Shown here in pieces: positions 1 to 9,953 of a stretch of DNA of 64,000 bases; positions within the stretch are counted from its first letter, which is position 1, and each line of letters opens with the position of its first letter. The notes under the pieces are model-generated. The model had not been told where the DNA came from. It did no database searches and saw only the letters and a program-made list of their open reading frames with translations. Position numbers and translations under genes: made by a program. This DNA is from Polyangiaceae bacterium (lineage in GTDB: Bacteria; Myxococcota_A; Polyangia; Polyangiales; Polyangiaceae), in assembly GCA_050287085.1 (NCBI GenBank), contig JBNKBE010000002.1, positions 96,001-160,000 on the forward strand. Direction: 5' to 3'.

Positions 1-2
1 AG

Positions 3-437
3 CCGCACGGCATTACTCTGGTCGACGACTACGGGCATCACCCGCAGGAAATCCGCGCCACGCTCGATGCGGCTCGGCGAGCCTATTCGCAGCGCATCTT
101 GGTGGCGTTTCAGCCTCATCGCTATACGCGAACGCAACAGCTTTTTGATGAGTTCACGCGCGCCTTCAATCAGGCTGACGAGGTCATCATTACGGACGTC
201 TATCCGGCGGGAGAGCAGCCCATCGCAGGAGCGAATGCCGAGGCCCTGACGGCGGCGGTGCGCCAGCATGGGCACGCCAGCGTGAGGTATGCGGGCTCCA
301 AGGAAGACGCCGCGCGCCTGCTCGCGGATCGGGCCGAGCCGGGTGATGTCGTCATTTCGATGGGAGCCGGGGACATCAATCGGGTTCTTCCACTCGTCGA
401 GCAGTTGCTCCACGCGCGTTTCGCCCAAAGCGAATGA
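3..437 (+). CDS. murC: UDP-N-acetylmuramate--L-alanine ligase, C-terminal part (truncated by window start)
   Basis: The frame is open from base 3: GITLVDDYGHHPQEIRATL...VAFQPHRYTRT...DVYPAGE...MGAGDI. These are the MurC C-terminal motifs. Confidence 0.95.
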   Translation, partial: PHGITLVDDYGHHPQEIRATLDAARRAYSQRILVAFQPHRYTRTQQLFDEFTRAFNQADEVIITDVYPAGEQPIAGANAEALTAAVRQHGHASVRYAGSKEDAARLLADRAEPGDVVISMGAGDINRVLPLVEQLLHARFAQSE

Positions 438-534
438 ACGCAGGCTTGGCCTAGGGCCAACGGACGGGAGGCAGGCCATCGGGGCTCCGCCCTTTCGGTT
501 TGAAGCCCCGCGCGCGTCGAGCTAGGGTCGGGCC

Positions 535-1017
535 ATGAAGATCGCCAAAGACGCGGTGGTGGGCATCGAATACACGCTGACGGGTGAAGATGGAAAAGTC
601 ATCGACACCAACGTTGGCAGTGACCTGCTTTATTACCTGCACGGACACAGCAATATCGTCGAAGGGCTGGAGAACCACCTCAGTGGCAAGACGGAAGGTG
701 ACGCATTCGATGTGATAGTGCCTCCCGAATTGGGCTACGGAAAGCGTAGTGAGGAGCTTGTTCTCGAGGTTGAACGCTCTCAATTGCCGGACGATTTCGA
801 GCCGCAAAAGGGCAGACGCCTGACCATGAACGGGCCACAAGGTCCTCGTTCCGTGACGGTCACGAAGGTGAAGCTCAAGACCGTTGTGCTCGACGCAAAC
901 CACGAGCTGGCCGATCTGGCTCTGCACTTCACAGGCGCGATCAAAAAGGTGCGTAAGGCGACCTCCGAGGAATTGGATCACGGCCACGTTCACGCCCCGG
1001 GGCACCACCACCACTAG
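535..1017 (+). CDS. slyD: FKBP-type peptidyl-prolyl cis-trans isomerase SlyD
   Basis: YLHGHSNIVEGLE, PELGYG, LDANHELA and a His-rich tail (EELDHGHVHAPGHHHH). Confidence 0.93.
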   Translation: MKIAKDAVVGIEYTLTGEDGKVIDTNVGSDLLYYLHGHSNIVEGLENHLSGKTEGDAFDVIVPPELGYGKRSEELVLEVERSQLPDDFEPQKGRRLTMNGPQGPRSVTVTKVKLKTVVLDANHELADLALHFTGAIKKVRKATSEELDHGHVHAPGHHHH

Positions 1018-1055
1018 AGCGGTGAGGACGCTCCCCTGGGCCGCACTTCCAGACG

Positions 1056-1373
1056 CTAGCGCGTGACGTTGTCGTAGCGCTCGTGCTCCCGTCCTCGGCT
1101 GTCGTCCGATGAGCTCGGATCACGAGTGCGCAAGTCGCCCGCGCCGGAGAGATCCCCCTGACGTCGGTCATCGTTGCCGCTGCCGGTTCCTTCGCTCCGA
1201 CGCAGGTGGTCGTCACCTGCGCCCGAGCGCCTATTCTCGGTCGATGCGCCTTCGTCCCGAGCCGGGGACTCCGGACATCCAGCGGCTCCTGCTGGCAATG
1301 CCAGCAGGAGTAGACGTGTCCAGTGCTGGCGTCTCCGGTGGCCAAGAGCCGAGGGGGGGCGGGAGTAGGTCAT
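1056..1373 (-). CDS. small putative lipoprotein, disordered and D/R/G/S-rich
   Basis: Basic N-terminus then LLLLALPAGAAGC lipobox. ATG lies 11 nt after the mscS stop, with GAGGT upstream. Confidence 0.5.
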   Translation of the reverse strand: MTYSRPPSALGHRRRQHWTRLLLLALPAGAAGCPESPARDEGASTENRRSGAGDDHLRRSEGTGSGNDDRRQGDLSGAGDLRTRDPSSSDDSRGREHERYDNVTR

Positions 1374-1384
1374 CGACGGGAACC

Positions 1385-2266
1385 TCAGCGGTGAGTGTTC
1401 TCCACCAGTACGTGCTGGGCGGGCATCGGAGCCGGGAAGCCGCCTTCGGCGAGAGCGGCGAGCACTGCTCGGTGGGCGTCAAAGAACACCTGCCAGTAGT
1501 GGTCGTTGTGGCAATACGGCCGAACCGCGAGAACCGGGCCCACCAGAGTGAAGCCTTGGACCTCGACGTCAACCTTCGGATCGGCGAGCACGTTGGCAAC
1601 CTCCGCCACGCGCTGCTGGAGCAACTTTATCGCCGCTGCGTGATCAGCGGCGCCGGACAGCTGAACCGTCAGATCTACACGTCGGAACGGATTGATGCTG
1701 AAGTTCTGGATGTTGTCCCCAAAGATCTTGTTGTTGCCGACAATCGTTCGAACGTTGTCCATGGTGTTGATGGTCGTGGTGAACAGTCCGATTTCTTGGA
1801 CCGTACCCGTGACTCCGGCAGCGCAGATGAAGTCGCCCACCTTGAACGGTCGCAGCACAATCAAGAACGCACCACCCGCGAAGTTCGCTAGCAGTCCAGA
1901 CCATGCCATGCCGATTGCGACACCGGCGGCGGCGATCAGCGCGGCGAAGGTGGTCGTTTGAATGCCGAAGTAGCCAAGGATCCCGACAACGAGCAGTATG
2001 TTGAGGGTGACCGAGGTGATCGAGCCCACGTAGCGTAGGACCGTCGGATCGACTTTCTGGCGGGTGAGCGATCGTTCCAGCAGATTGACGGCCATACCGA
2101 TCAGCCAACGGCCGATTACCCAGAAGGCGATCGCGCCGACGATCTTTAGGCCGATGTCACTGGCGTGCGTGATGATCAACTCGCGATAAGATTTTAAAGA
2201 TTCCACTGATTTGTCCTCCCTCGGGGACTCCATTTGCCCCCGCATATAGTCAGAGTGGGTCGCCAT
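1385..2266 (-). CDS. mscS: small-conductance mechanosensitive channel, MscS family
   Basis: Three TM helices, LANFAGG, RPFKVGD, GTVQEIGLF, RRVDL. The exact start is uncertain. Confidence 0.9.
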   Translation of the reverse strand: MATHSDYMRGQMESPREDKSVESLKSYRELIITHASDIGLKIVGAIAFWVIGRWLIGMAVNLLERSLTRQKVDPTVLRYVGSITSVTLNILLVVGILGYFGIQTTTFAALIAAAGVAIGMAWSGLLANFAGGAFLIVLRPFKVGDFICAAGVTGTVQEIGLFTTTINTMDNVRTIVGNNKIFGDNIQNFSINPFRRVDLTVQLSGAADHAAAIKLLQQRVAEVANVLADPKVDVEVQGFTLVGPVLAVRPYCHNDHYWQVFFDAHRAVLAALAEGGFPAPMPAQHVLVENTHR

Positions 2267-2447
2267 TGAACGGGCCCAAGACCCGCCGCGCTCCGCCTAG
2301 CAGCAAGGTTTGCGGTGGGACAAGGGATTACACTTGAGGGTCGACGATAGGTAGTTGGAGGTGCGCGTCGCGCGCACCCGCGGTTCACAGCGAAGCGTCG
2401 CGAATTTCGGCGTTTCGCCACGCCCTCGACGGTATAAGTGCTCCACG

Positions 2448-3560
2448 ATGATGCGGGACGCTGTCCCTCGCGCGCCGGACGCGCATATCCAGTCTCTGCG
2501 CGGGGTGGCGGTGCTCATGCTCGTGTTGTTTCACGTCGTTGGCGCCGAGTCGGGCTTGGGAGTGGGCGTGGCAGACGACTCGGGATGGCGGCATGCGATG
2601 CAGTCGATGGGCTATTTGCGGATGCCGCTGTTTACGGCCATCTCCGGGTGGGTCTACTCCTTGCGCCCTGTTATGCCCGAAGCGGCGCGCGGGTTCTTGC
2701 TTGGCAAGGCGCGCCGATTGCTGTTTCCGATGGTGAGCGCTGGATCTCTGTTTTGGTGCCTACACCAGGTGTACCCGCTGGATGGCACCCCTCCGCCGAT
2801 CTCCGAAATCTGGCGACTGCTGGTGTTTCAGTACATTCACTTCTGGTATCTGCAGGCGCTGTTCCTGGTGTTCATTACCATCGGCTTGCTCGAGCGGGCA
2901 CGCCTCTTGGGTTCGCTGCCTCGCTGGACTATCGCACTGGCTGCGTCGCTGGCCTTCTCCTACTGGGGGCCGCACGCAGAGGTCTTTTTCTCATTGAAGG
3001 GCTACGCGTATCTGCTGCCCTATTTCCTCCTGGGACTTGGCCTTCAACGGTTTCGCAACTTGCTTCTGCGCCCAGGCTGGGTTCTGACCACGCTGTGCCT
3101 TGCGGTCTTGCTGCAGTTGCGTTTCGAAGTGGGCTACCACATCGAGCTAGGGCGGCTTGCACTGGGCAAAAGAAGCGCCTTTGGGCTGCTGCTCAGCGCT
3201 GCGTGGGTATCAGCCGCCTTGGGCTTGCACTGGAGTAGCCCGCGCCTGATGGCGATTGGCCGCCACTCATTTGCCATCTATCTATTCCATCCGCTCTTCT
3301 ATGCGGGGACTACGGCCTTGCTTCGAGCCGCGGGATGGACGCCGGAGACCCCTGCAATTTTGGCGGGCCTGGCCGCCGGCGTACTGGGGCCGATCGCTCT
3401 CGATCGACGTCTGCCCGCGGGCGGTCTGCTGCGATTGCTTCTTCTCGGCGAGCGCTGGCGGCGGGGACGTCCGCCCGCGCCAGCGCCGCCCAGCGGCGGC
3501 CTATCCGAGCTGACCACGTCCGTCATGACGGGGTCCAGGGAAGCCACCGCGGGGCCCTAA
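2448..3560 (+). CDS. membrane O-acyltransferase, acyltransferase-3 family
   Basis: IQSLRGVAVLMLVLFH, RMPLFTAISG, HFWYLQALF, GRHSFAIYLFH and about 10 hydrophobic segments. Start chosen at ATG 2448. Confidence 0.85.
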   Translation: MMRDAVPRAPDAHIQSLRGVAVLMLVLFHVVGAESGLGVGVADDSGWRHAMQSMGYLRMPLFTAISGWVYSLRPVMPEAARGFLLGKARRLLFPMVSAGSLFWCLHQVYPLDGTPPPISEIWRLLVFQYIHFWYLQALFLVFITIGLLERARLLGSLPRWTIALAASLAFSYWGPHAEVFFSLKGYAYLLPYFLLGLGLQRFRNLLLRPGWVLTTLCLAVLLQLRFEVGYHIELGRLALGKRSAFGLLLSAAWVSAALGLHWSSPRLMAIGRHSFAIYLFHPLFYAGTTALLRAAGWTPETPAILAGLAAGVLGPIALDRRLPAGGLLRLLLLGERWRRGRPPAPAPPSGGLSELTTSVMTGSREATAGP

Positions 3561-3626
3561 GACGACACGAGAGGCCGGTTCGGGGTTATTCCTCTCCGGC
3601 CACCGCGGTCTCCTGGTGTTTGGGCG

Positions 3627-5084
3627 TCAAGCGTGTGCGGTCACCAGTTGGCCACCGCCCGCCCCGAAGTCTTCCGTCGGGACTCCCGCAGCCGTAATTG
3701 CGGAGGCCAGAATCAAGGCGTTGCTGCCATTGCCCTCCACGACGGCTCCCTGTCTGAAGAACTGACCCCCACTTCCTGCGATCACGATGGGCGCCGGATT
3801 GAAGCCGTGGCTTGGACCGTCGGAGAGCGAGTTGGTCCAGTAGATGAACGAACGATCGAACAGACCGTATTGTTCCCAGACGCTGAGAACATGGGCCATC
3901 GTAGTTGCGCGTATGATGTCGATTTCGGTATGCGCGTCCTTGGCCCAGGTGTCATTACCGGTGGTGGCGTCGCTATTCGTTCGGTGACTGATGCGGTGAA
4001 ACGTGCTGTAGGAGCCCTTCGCCTGCGTTTCGTAGACGGTGCCGTCGGTACCGTCGCCCCACTGCAGCGTCGCCGTGCGGTTGGCATCACACGCGAAGGT
4101 GAGGGCCACCGTTTCTGCGTGCAGCTTGACGAAGTCCTCGATCATATGGGAACGCGTGTTGAAGGTGACGCCGTCTTTGAACGCGTCGAGTGCTGATTGG
4201 CTTGGCAGCGGCGCGCCACAGCTCGCTGCAGCGTCCACCATGGGGCCCATCACCCCGGTTCCGTCGTTGATGTCGTTGACGGTGTCGCCCACCGCCAGAA
4301 GGCGACTCTCGAACTGTCGCACGCCTTCAAGGTGATTGGTCAGTCGCCGCTTGTCCTCTGCACTGAGGGCGGTCTTCGCCAGTAGACTGTTGAAGTCTTC
4401 CAGCACGAGATCGTTGACGCTCCGCTGTCGGAACAGCAAGTCGTCGACTTGACTCGGTCCCGTAATCGGACTCGAGCCATCCGGATCTCCCCCTACGACC
4501 TCACCACTGAGCCCGACCAGGCGCTTGTACGTCTCGTAGGGGTTCAGCTGAGCGGGGCGTGCGGCGGTGCCACGCGCGGCAAACGACGTTCTTTCCGCGA
4601 TGTACGCACCCTTCTGTGAGCCTGCGTAGAGCGTGAGGGCTTCCACGCCGGGCTCATTGAGAGCCTCGGAGATGACGACGTCCGCCGAGGGGCCCCCGCT
4701 GGTCGAGCCATTGCCGCCGCTGGCGGGCACGGCTCCCGTGATCGCCTGAACGCAGCCTTGGGCGTGCCCGCAGTTCGAAGAGGAGCCCCCGGGAAAGCGG
4801 AGTCCCTTTACGAACAAGAGACGGTCGGCGTAGTCAGCCAGCGGCTCGACGGACTTGCCTGCCATGGTGGCTGCGCTTAAGGCGCCGGCGCTCGGCCAGA
4901 ACTTGTCTTGTACAACTCCATTCTGAGACACGATGAAGAAGCTGTAGACGGGGGCTGCATCTTGTCCCCAAGCGGAGCGTTCCGGCAGTCCTTCGAGGAG
5001 CGGCAGACCGATGGCCACGCCACTAGCCCCTCGCAGAAAGGCGCGACGATTCATTTGCTTGCGCTTCGACGGAGAGAATATCAT
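3627..5084 (-). CDS. DUF1552 family protein with Tat-like N-terminus
   Basis: MNRRAFLRGASGVAIGLPLLE, GGPSAD, HLEGVRQFE and ALTFACDANR. It overlaps the upstream DUF1592-type gene by 4 nt. Confidence 0.85.
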   Translation of the reverse strand: MIFSPSKRKQMNRRAFLRGASGVAIGLPLLEGLPERSAWGQDAAPVYSFFIVSQNGVVQDKFWPSAGALSAATMAGKSVEPLADYADRLLFVKGLRFPGGSSSNCGHAQGCVQAITGAVPASGGNGSTSGGPSADVVISEALNEPGVEALTLYAGSQKGAYIAERTSFAARGTAARPAQLNPYETYKRLVGLSGEVVGGDPDGSSPITGPSQVDDLLFRQRSVNDLVLEDFNSLLAKTALSAEDKRRLTNHLEGVRQFESRLLAVGDTVNDINDGTGVMGPMVDAAASCGAPLPSQSALDAFKDGVTFNTRSHMIEDFVKLHAETVALTFACDANRTATLQWGDGTDGTVYETQAKGSYSTFHRISHRTNSDATTGNDTWAKDAHTEIDIIRATTMAHVLSVWEQYGLFDRSFIYWTNSLSDGPSHGFNPAPIVIAGSGGQFFRQGAVVEGNGSNALILASAITAAGVPTEDFGAGGGQLVTAHA

Positions 5085-6793
5085 TGGCTTACTCCTTGGC
5101 GCTGGCGAAAGGACGGGGTTTGGACAAGCGCGAGGATCAGGTTCTTCATGGAGCCTTCCGCCGACATGCTTATATCAGCGAGCTGGTCAAGTAGGGGTTG
5201 GTCTGTGGGGACGATGTCTCGCTGCAGACTATAGCTGGCAATATTCTTTGCAAAGCAGCTATGAGCTTCGCGACCGTTCACCAGAATCTGCATCAACTCT
5301 GGAGCGTTGGAGAAGGCGGCGGGACCCGTGGAAAAGGGGTAGGCGGACACTGTGTTAACCGGCTTTTCGGCGTCGGTCGCGCGCAGCCGGCCCATGCCGT
5401 CGAAGTTCTCAAAGGCATAGCCAAGAGGGTTGATGTAGGCCCCGTGACAGGTCGCGCCACAGGTTCCAAAGCCTGTTTGCTCGTCGATGTAGTCGCGGTC
5501 GGACTGTCCGGGCTTTACAGGGGCGGGCTCAGGCAGAGTGAAGTTGGGGGTGGGAAGTTCAGCGCACAATACCTGATAGTTGATAAACAACCCCCGGTGG
5601 ATCGCGTCCGACCGATTGTTGTTGGCGAACAGCATCAAGTACGGGACCTGGGAGAAGAATCCAACGCGCTCGGGACCTAGTTCCTCGAGCTCGACCGTCG
5701 TGTGGGGTTCGAGCCCGTAGAGGGGCGCCAACTTGGGACCTACGAAGCCTTGCGTCGACGTCAGGATTTCGCGGAGACCTGCGCCTGAGGTGAAGACGTT
5801 CTCAAAGAAGCGGCGAGAGACCTCGTCCGCTTCTGCACTGACCTCCTCATTGTACTCTGGCAGGGTCTTGAAGATGTGCTGGTAGCGGACGAACTTGAAC
5901 ATCTCGGCGAACATGTCGACAGCCATCTCGATGGCTTCCGGCGTTGCGAGCAGCTCACGGGTGACTTCCAGAACGCCTTCCGGCGTATCGAGCTGGCCCG
6001 TTGCGGCCATGTCCAGCAGGGTCTCGCTTGGCGTGGTGTTGAGCAGCCAATAGGAGAGCCTTGCTGCCAGTTCATAGCCGGTCAAGGGCGCGCCGTCCGG
6101 GGAGAGCTCCGTGCGGTAGAGGAAGTTCGGGCTCTGGAGCATCGCCTCGACGACCAGTCCAGCACCCTTAACGAAGACGTCTTCTTCGCCCGGGAGCTCC
6201 GAACCTAGGTCAAAGGCACTTCGATAGCGCGCCACTTCTTCGTCCGTCAGGGGTCGACGGAACGCGCGGCGACCGAAGTTGGCAATGAAGGTATCCGGGT
6301 CGTCGCCGGCGGCGATGCGCTCGATGTCCGCGCGGGTCGCCGCGTGCGCGGCCGCGAGCTCAGAGGCCGCATCGCGGTACTGGTCGTTCTGGGTGACCGA
6401 AATCTCCAAGACCTTTTCGTTGTTGGGAAAGAGGGTGAAGCCACCGACAGCCGCCAAGAACGAATCGGCCTGCGTCGGAATGGTTCCGAGTTGGAGCACG
6501 TCGCGCACAGAGCGAGACCACTGCAGGTTGGTCAGCGCCACCGCCCGCAAATAGAGCGGAGCGCCGCTCAGATTAAAAGCGGGTGCCGGAAACTGCCCAT
6601 CGACCAACGGCGAGATCGGGTCGTAGTTGGCGTTGCCCGGCGCGTTGGGGCCCGAAGACCCGGGGCCTTCAGTGCCGTTTGGGGGCGGAGTCGGAGAGGC
6701 GGTACCGCTACACGCCGCAGCGAACACTAGGGGCGCGAGCAAGGTGCCCTTGGCACGCACCCGCCCCCGCGCGAATGAACGAGATAGAATCAT
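5081..6793 (-). CDS. DUF1587/1595/1592/1588/1585-type lipoprotein
   Basis: Lipobox FAAAC, FGRRAFRRPL, MLQSPNFLYR, YELAARLSYWLLNTTP, AIHRG and CGATCH..INPLGYAFENFDGMGR. Confidence 0.85.
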   Translation of the reverse strand: MILSRSFARGRVRAKGTLLAPLVFAAACSGTASPTPPPNGTEGPGSSGPNAPGNANYDPISPLVDGQFPAPAFNLSGAPLYLRAVALTNLQWSRSVRDVLQLGTIPTQADSFLAAVGGFTLFPNNEKVLEISVTQNDQYRDAASELAAAHAATRADIERIAAGDDPDTFIANFGRRAFRRPLTDEEVARYRSAFDLGSELPGEEDVFVKGAGLVVEAMLQSPNFLYRTELSPDGAPLTGYELAARLSYWLLNTTPSETLLDMAATGQLDTPEGVLEVTRELLATPEAIEMAVDMFAEMFKFVRYQHIFKTLPEYNEEVSAEADEVSRRFFENVFTSGAGLREILTSTQGFVGPKLAPLYGLEPHTTVELEELGPERVGFFSQVPYLMLFANNNRSDAIHRGLFINYQVLCAELPTPNFTLPEPAPVKPGQSDRDYIDEQTGFGTCGATCHGAYINPLGYAFENFDGMGRLRATDAEKPVNTVSAYPFSTGPAAFSNAPELMQILVNGREAHSCFAKNIASYSLQRDIVPTDQPLLDQLADISMSAEGSMKNLILALVQTPSFRQRQGVSQ

Positions 6794-6993
6794 AGTGCTT
6801 GGAGGGTGTATGCCCCGGCGTCGCAGTCTCGACGAAGCGAAGTCACCAGGATGCGCAAAAACCGCGAGCCGGTGCGTAGTTTTCCTCCCGTGCCGGACGC
6901 TGATAGCTCACTTTGCACTCTTTCAGACCTAGTGGAAGGAGCCGATTGCAGCAGTTTGGCCCCGACGTGGGCCGTGGGGTGACGGCTAGCCCA

Positions 6994-8877
6994 CTAGGGC
7001 GCCGGGAGCTCTTGGCCGCGTCGCCGCACCAGTTCTTGGCTATAGGCCTGCAGCAGTTGCTCGTAGCTCAGCCAGCCGTGAACTTGGTCTTGACCGTTTT
7101 CGATGACCGGCAGCTGCGGGTAGCGGGAGGTCGCAAAACGTTCGAGCGCCAAGGCCAAGCTATCCTCGGACGACACCGATACCAGCGGCTCACAGCAGTC
7201 GGCCGCGATGGCAAAACGCTTGAGCTCGGGGTCGCTGAACAACAACTTGAGACTGTCTAAGGTCAGCAGTCCGCAGACTGCACCGTCCGTGTTGGTCATG
7301 GGAAACACGGCGTGGGAGCAGCCCGCGGCGTGTTGCATCAGGTCTTCCAGGGGCGTGTCCGGCGGGAACGCGCGCGCCGGGTAGGCGGGGCCGATGATGT
7401 CGCCGACTCGTAGGTCTTGCAGCACGTCGGTTACGTATTCCCCCCCGTGGGCCTCGGAATTCCGGCGACTGAGCACCTGATGACGGTAGAGCGGTGTGCC
7501 CCGCGAGATGGAGTAGGCCACGACCTCCGCCAGCATGACGGGCACGAGCAGCTCGTAGCTGCGTGTCATCTCGCAGGCCATGACGAGAGTCGAGATCGGG
7601 GCGCAGGCGACGCCGCCGAGAAAAGAGGCCATGCCGACCACGACAAAAGCCCCGGGGGACGAGACGACGCCGGGTGCGATGGCATGGGCTGCGGCACCAA
7701 ACGCCCCACCCACCATGCCACCGATCACGAGGGAGGGGCCAAAAACGCCGCCGGAGCCCCCCGAGCCTACGGTGAAGGTGGTGGTAAGAACCTTGGCCAA
7801 GGCGAGCCCCAGCAATAGGGCTGCCCCGGGCCAGCCAACGTAGGTGGTTTGCGACAGCAGGATGCGCTGGAGCGAGCCGTAGCCCGCCCCAAGAGCATCG
7901 GGGACGAAGAGGGCACACAGACCCACGAGTAGGCCCCCGACGCCGCAGCGCAGCCAGGGTCTCAGGGGAAGCCGAGCGAATTGAACCTTGCCCCAATCAA
8001 GGGTCCGGACGAAGGCAATGCCGGACAGACCGATGGCGATGGCCATGAGCAGATAGAACGGCAGCTCCAAGGGTGAGAACGAGTAGCGGGCGGCCACCGC
8101 AAACATGCTCGTTTCCCCCAAGATCAACGTAAACGTTGAATAGCCGACCACCGCTGACAGTACCGTGGGTACGATGGCTTCCGCTTCGAAGTCGTCGCGG
8201 TACAAGACTTCGAGCACGAATAGTGCGGCGCCGAGTGGGGAGCGAAAGATCGCCGCGATTCCACCCGCCGCTCCCGCGAGCAGCAGCTGACGTTGATCTC
8301 TCGCGCTGAGCCGCAGGGTCCGCCCTACCAGCGCCCCTAGTCCAGCGCCCAAGAACGCCACCGGGCCCTCGCGTCCGGCGCTGCCTCCGGTGCCGATGAT
8401 CCCGACGGCCGCGAAAGCGCGGACCAAAGGCACCCGCAGGCCCAGTTTGACGCGTGGCTTGTGGAAGGCCCGGATGAGGCCGTCATGACCTTGCTCTCGG
8501 CCCTCCACGCCGCTTAGGTAGACGAACAAGCCGGAGATGAGCCCGCCGAGCGCCGGGGCGAATACGAGCCAGGCCAGTTGTGGCCGGCCCTTGCCATCGC
8601 CGCCTAGGATGTGTGGCTCACCGGCGGGCCGCGCTGCCGGCGCATGGGCGAGCCATTCGAGAGCCCAATACTGCACCAGATCGGTCAGCACGTAGAACGC
8701 GCTGGCCGCGAGCCCGGCGAGCACGCCGACAACCAGTCCAAGCAGCACCCAACGCGAAACCGTCCGAAACTCGAACAACCGCGTCAGCTGAGCTAGGTCG
8801 ACGACGGACGGCAGTTTCGGGGCTCGCACGGGCGGAATCTGCAAGGCTTCGGCGCGAGATGCAATCGGAGGCTGCAT
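6994..8877 (-). CDS. ClC chloride channel/antiporter with two C-terminal CBS domains
   Basis: GGSAGREGP, AAIFRSPLG, FVLEVL and GGSGGVFGP, followed by CBS-like C-terminal repeats. Confidence 0.92.
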   Translation of the reverse strand: MQPPIASRAEALQIPPVRAPKLPSVVDLAQLTRLFEFRTVSRWVLLGLVVGVLAGLAASAFYVLTDLVQYWALEWLAHAPAARPAGEPHILGGDGKGRPQLAWLVFAPALGGLISGLFVYLSGVEGREQGHDGLIRAFHKPRVKLGLRVPLVRAFAAVGIIGTGGSAGREGPVAFLGAGLGALVGRTLRLSARDQRQLLLAGAAGGIAAIFRSPLGAALFVLEVLYRDDFEAEAIVPTVLSAVVGYSTFTLILGETSMFAVAARYSFSPLELPFYLLMAIAIGLSGIAFVRTLDWGKVQFARLPLRPWLRCGVGGLLVGLCALFVPDALGAGYGSLQRILLSQTTYVGWPGAALLLGLALAKVLTTTFTVGSGGSGGVFGPSLVIGGMVGGAFGAAAHAIAPGVVSSPGAFVVVGMASFLGGVACAPISTLVMACEMTRSYELLVPVMLAEVVAYSISRGTPLYRHQVLSRRNSEAHGGEYVTDVLQDLRVGDIIGPAYPARAFPPDTPLEDLMQHAAGCSHAVFPMTNTDGAVCGLLTLDSLKLLFSDPELKRFAIAADCCEPLVSVSSEDSLALALERFATSRYPQLPVIENGQDQVHGWLSYEQLLQAYSQELVRRRGQELPAP

Positions 8878-8941
8878 GCGGGCGCGGAGGGCCGGGTGAA
8901 ATAGTTGGCCCTTTCAGTCTGGTCGTGGCCAATCGGCGGGC

Positions 8942-9787
8942 ATGGCCCCAGAGCGTTCCGTGGGAGAGCCCCAAGGGGGGGACGGGATCTTTTCTCAAAC
9001 AGAGTCGAACCTCCCCTCTGCGCCGCGTCCGAGTTCGGAGTGGCTGTGGCTGGGACTGAAGGCTTTGATCGGCTTGCTATTGATCGCTTCCGCCGCCGGG
9101 CTCGTGGCGTTTGGGGCCCGTCACTTTGCTACCACTTCCGACCGTTTTGCTATCCACGAGCTGCAAGCGGAGGGCAATCGCCGTTTCACCGCCGAGGCGC
9201 TGGCCCAACTCGGGGGTGTTAAACGCGGCGACAATCTATTTGCCACCGACGAGCTCAGGGTGCAGCGAGCCTTGCTCGAGGACCCGTGGATCGCCAGTGC
9301 CAAGGTTACGCGCAAGCTGCCCAGCACCTTGGTCTTCGAGGTGGAGGAGTATAGCGCCCGGGCGTTGGCTGCGATCGGCGAAAAGCTCTACCTCGTGACC
9401 CGTGACGGGCATCCGATCGATGTCGCCGGGCCGAATGAGTTGGACTTTCCGGTCGTGACGGGCGTCACGGTCGAGGAGATCGCGGCTGACCGCTTGCGCG
9501 CCAAGCGTCGCATCGCTCATGCGGTCGGGATTCTTCAGCGCTACGAGCAGATGCCCATGGCTGCAAGCTACGCGCCCCAGGAGCTTCATCTGAGCGATGA
9601 TGACGCGGTGACCTTGGTGGTGGGACGCAGCGGGGTCTCCTTGCAGCTGGGCACCGGCAACGTGCGCCAAAGGCTGCAAATGGCGGCTCGAATCTTGAGC
9701 CGCGTGCGCTCCCGCGGGGAGGTGCCAAGCGTGGTATTCCTGGACAACGAAGCCCACCCGGAGCGGGTTGTCGTTCGCTTGCGCTGA
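8942..9787 (+). CDS. ftsQ: cell division protein FtsQ/DivIB (POTRA)
   Basis: Single TM, then POTRA (EGNRRF...GDNLF...PWIASAKVTRKLPSTLVFEVEE). It lies directly upstream of ftsA. Confidence 0.88.
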   Translation: MAPERSVGEPQGGDGIFSQTESNLPSAPRPSSEWLWLGLKALIGLLLIASAAGLVAFGARHFATTSDRFAIHELQAEGNRRFTAEALAQLGGVKRGDNLFATDELRVQRALLEDPWIASAKVTRKLPSTLVFEVEEYSARALAAIGEKLYLVTRDGHPIDVAGPNELDFPVVTGVTVEEIAADRLRAKRRIAHAVGILQRYEQMPMAASYAPQELHLSDDDAVTLVVGRSGVSLQLGTGNVRQRLQMAARILSRVRSRGEVPSVVFLDNEAHPERVVVRLR

Positions 9788-9953
9788 TGGGTTCGACGCG
9801 CTGCGGCGGCGTTTGGGGGCTGGTCCTTCTTTCAGTGGTCGCGGGCCAGATGCCCGCGACCGTTTATTTGTCCGGGGCGGACGCACCGTGGCACGGTCAT
9901 CGGGCACAGGCGTCGCCGATTCGGCAGCGAGCGCGGAGGTGCAAAGGTAGACG

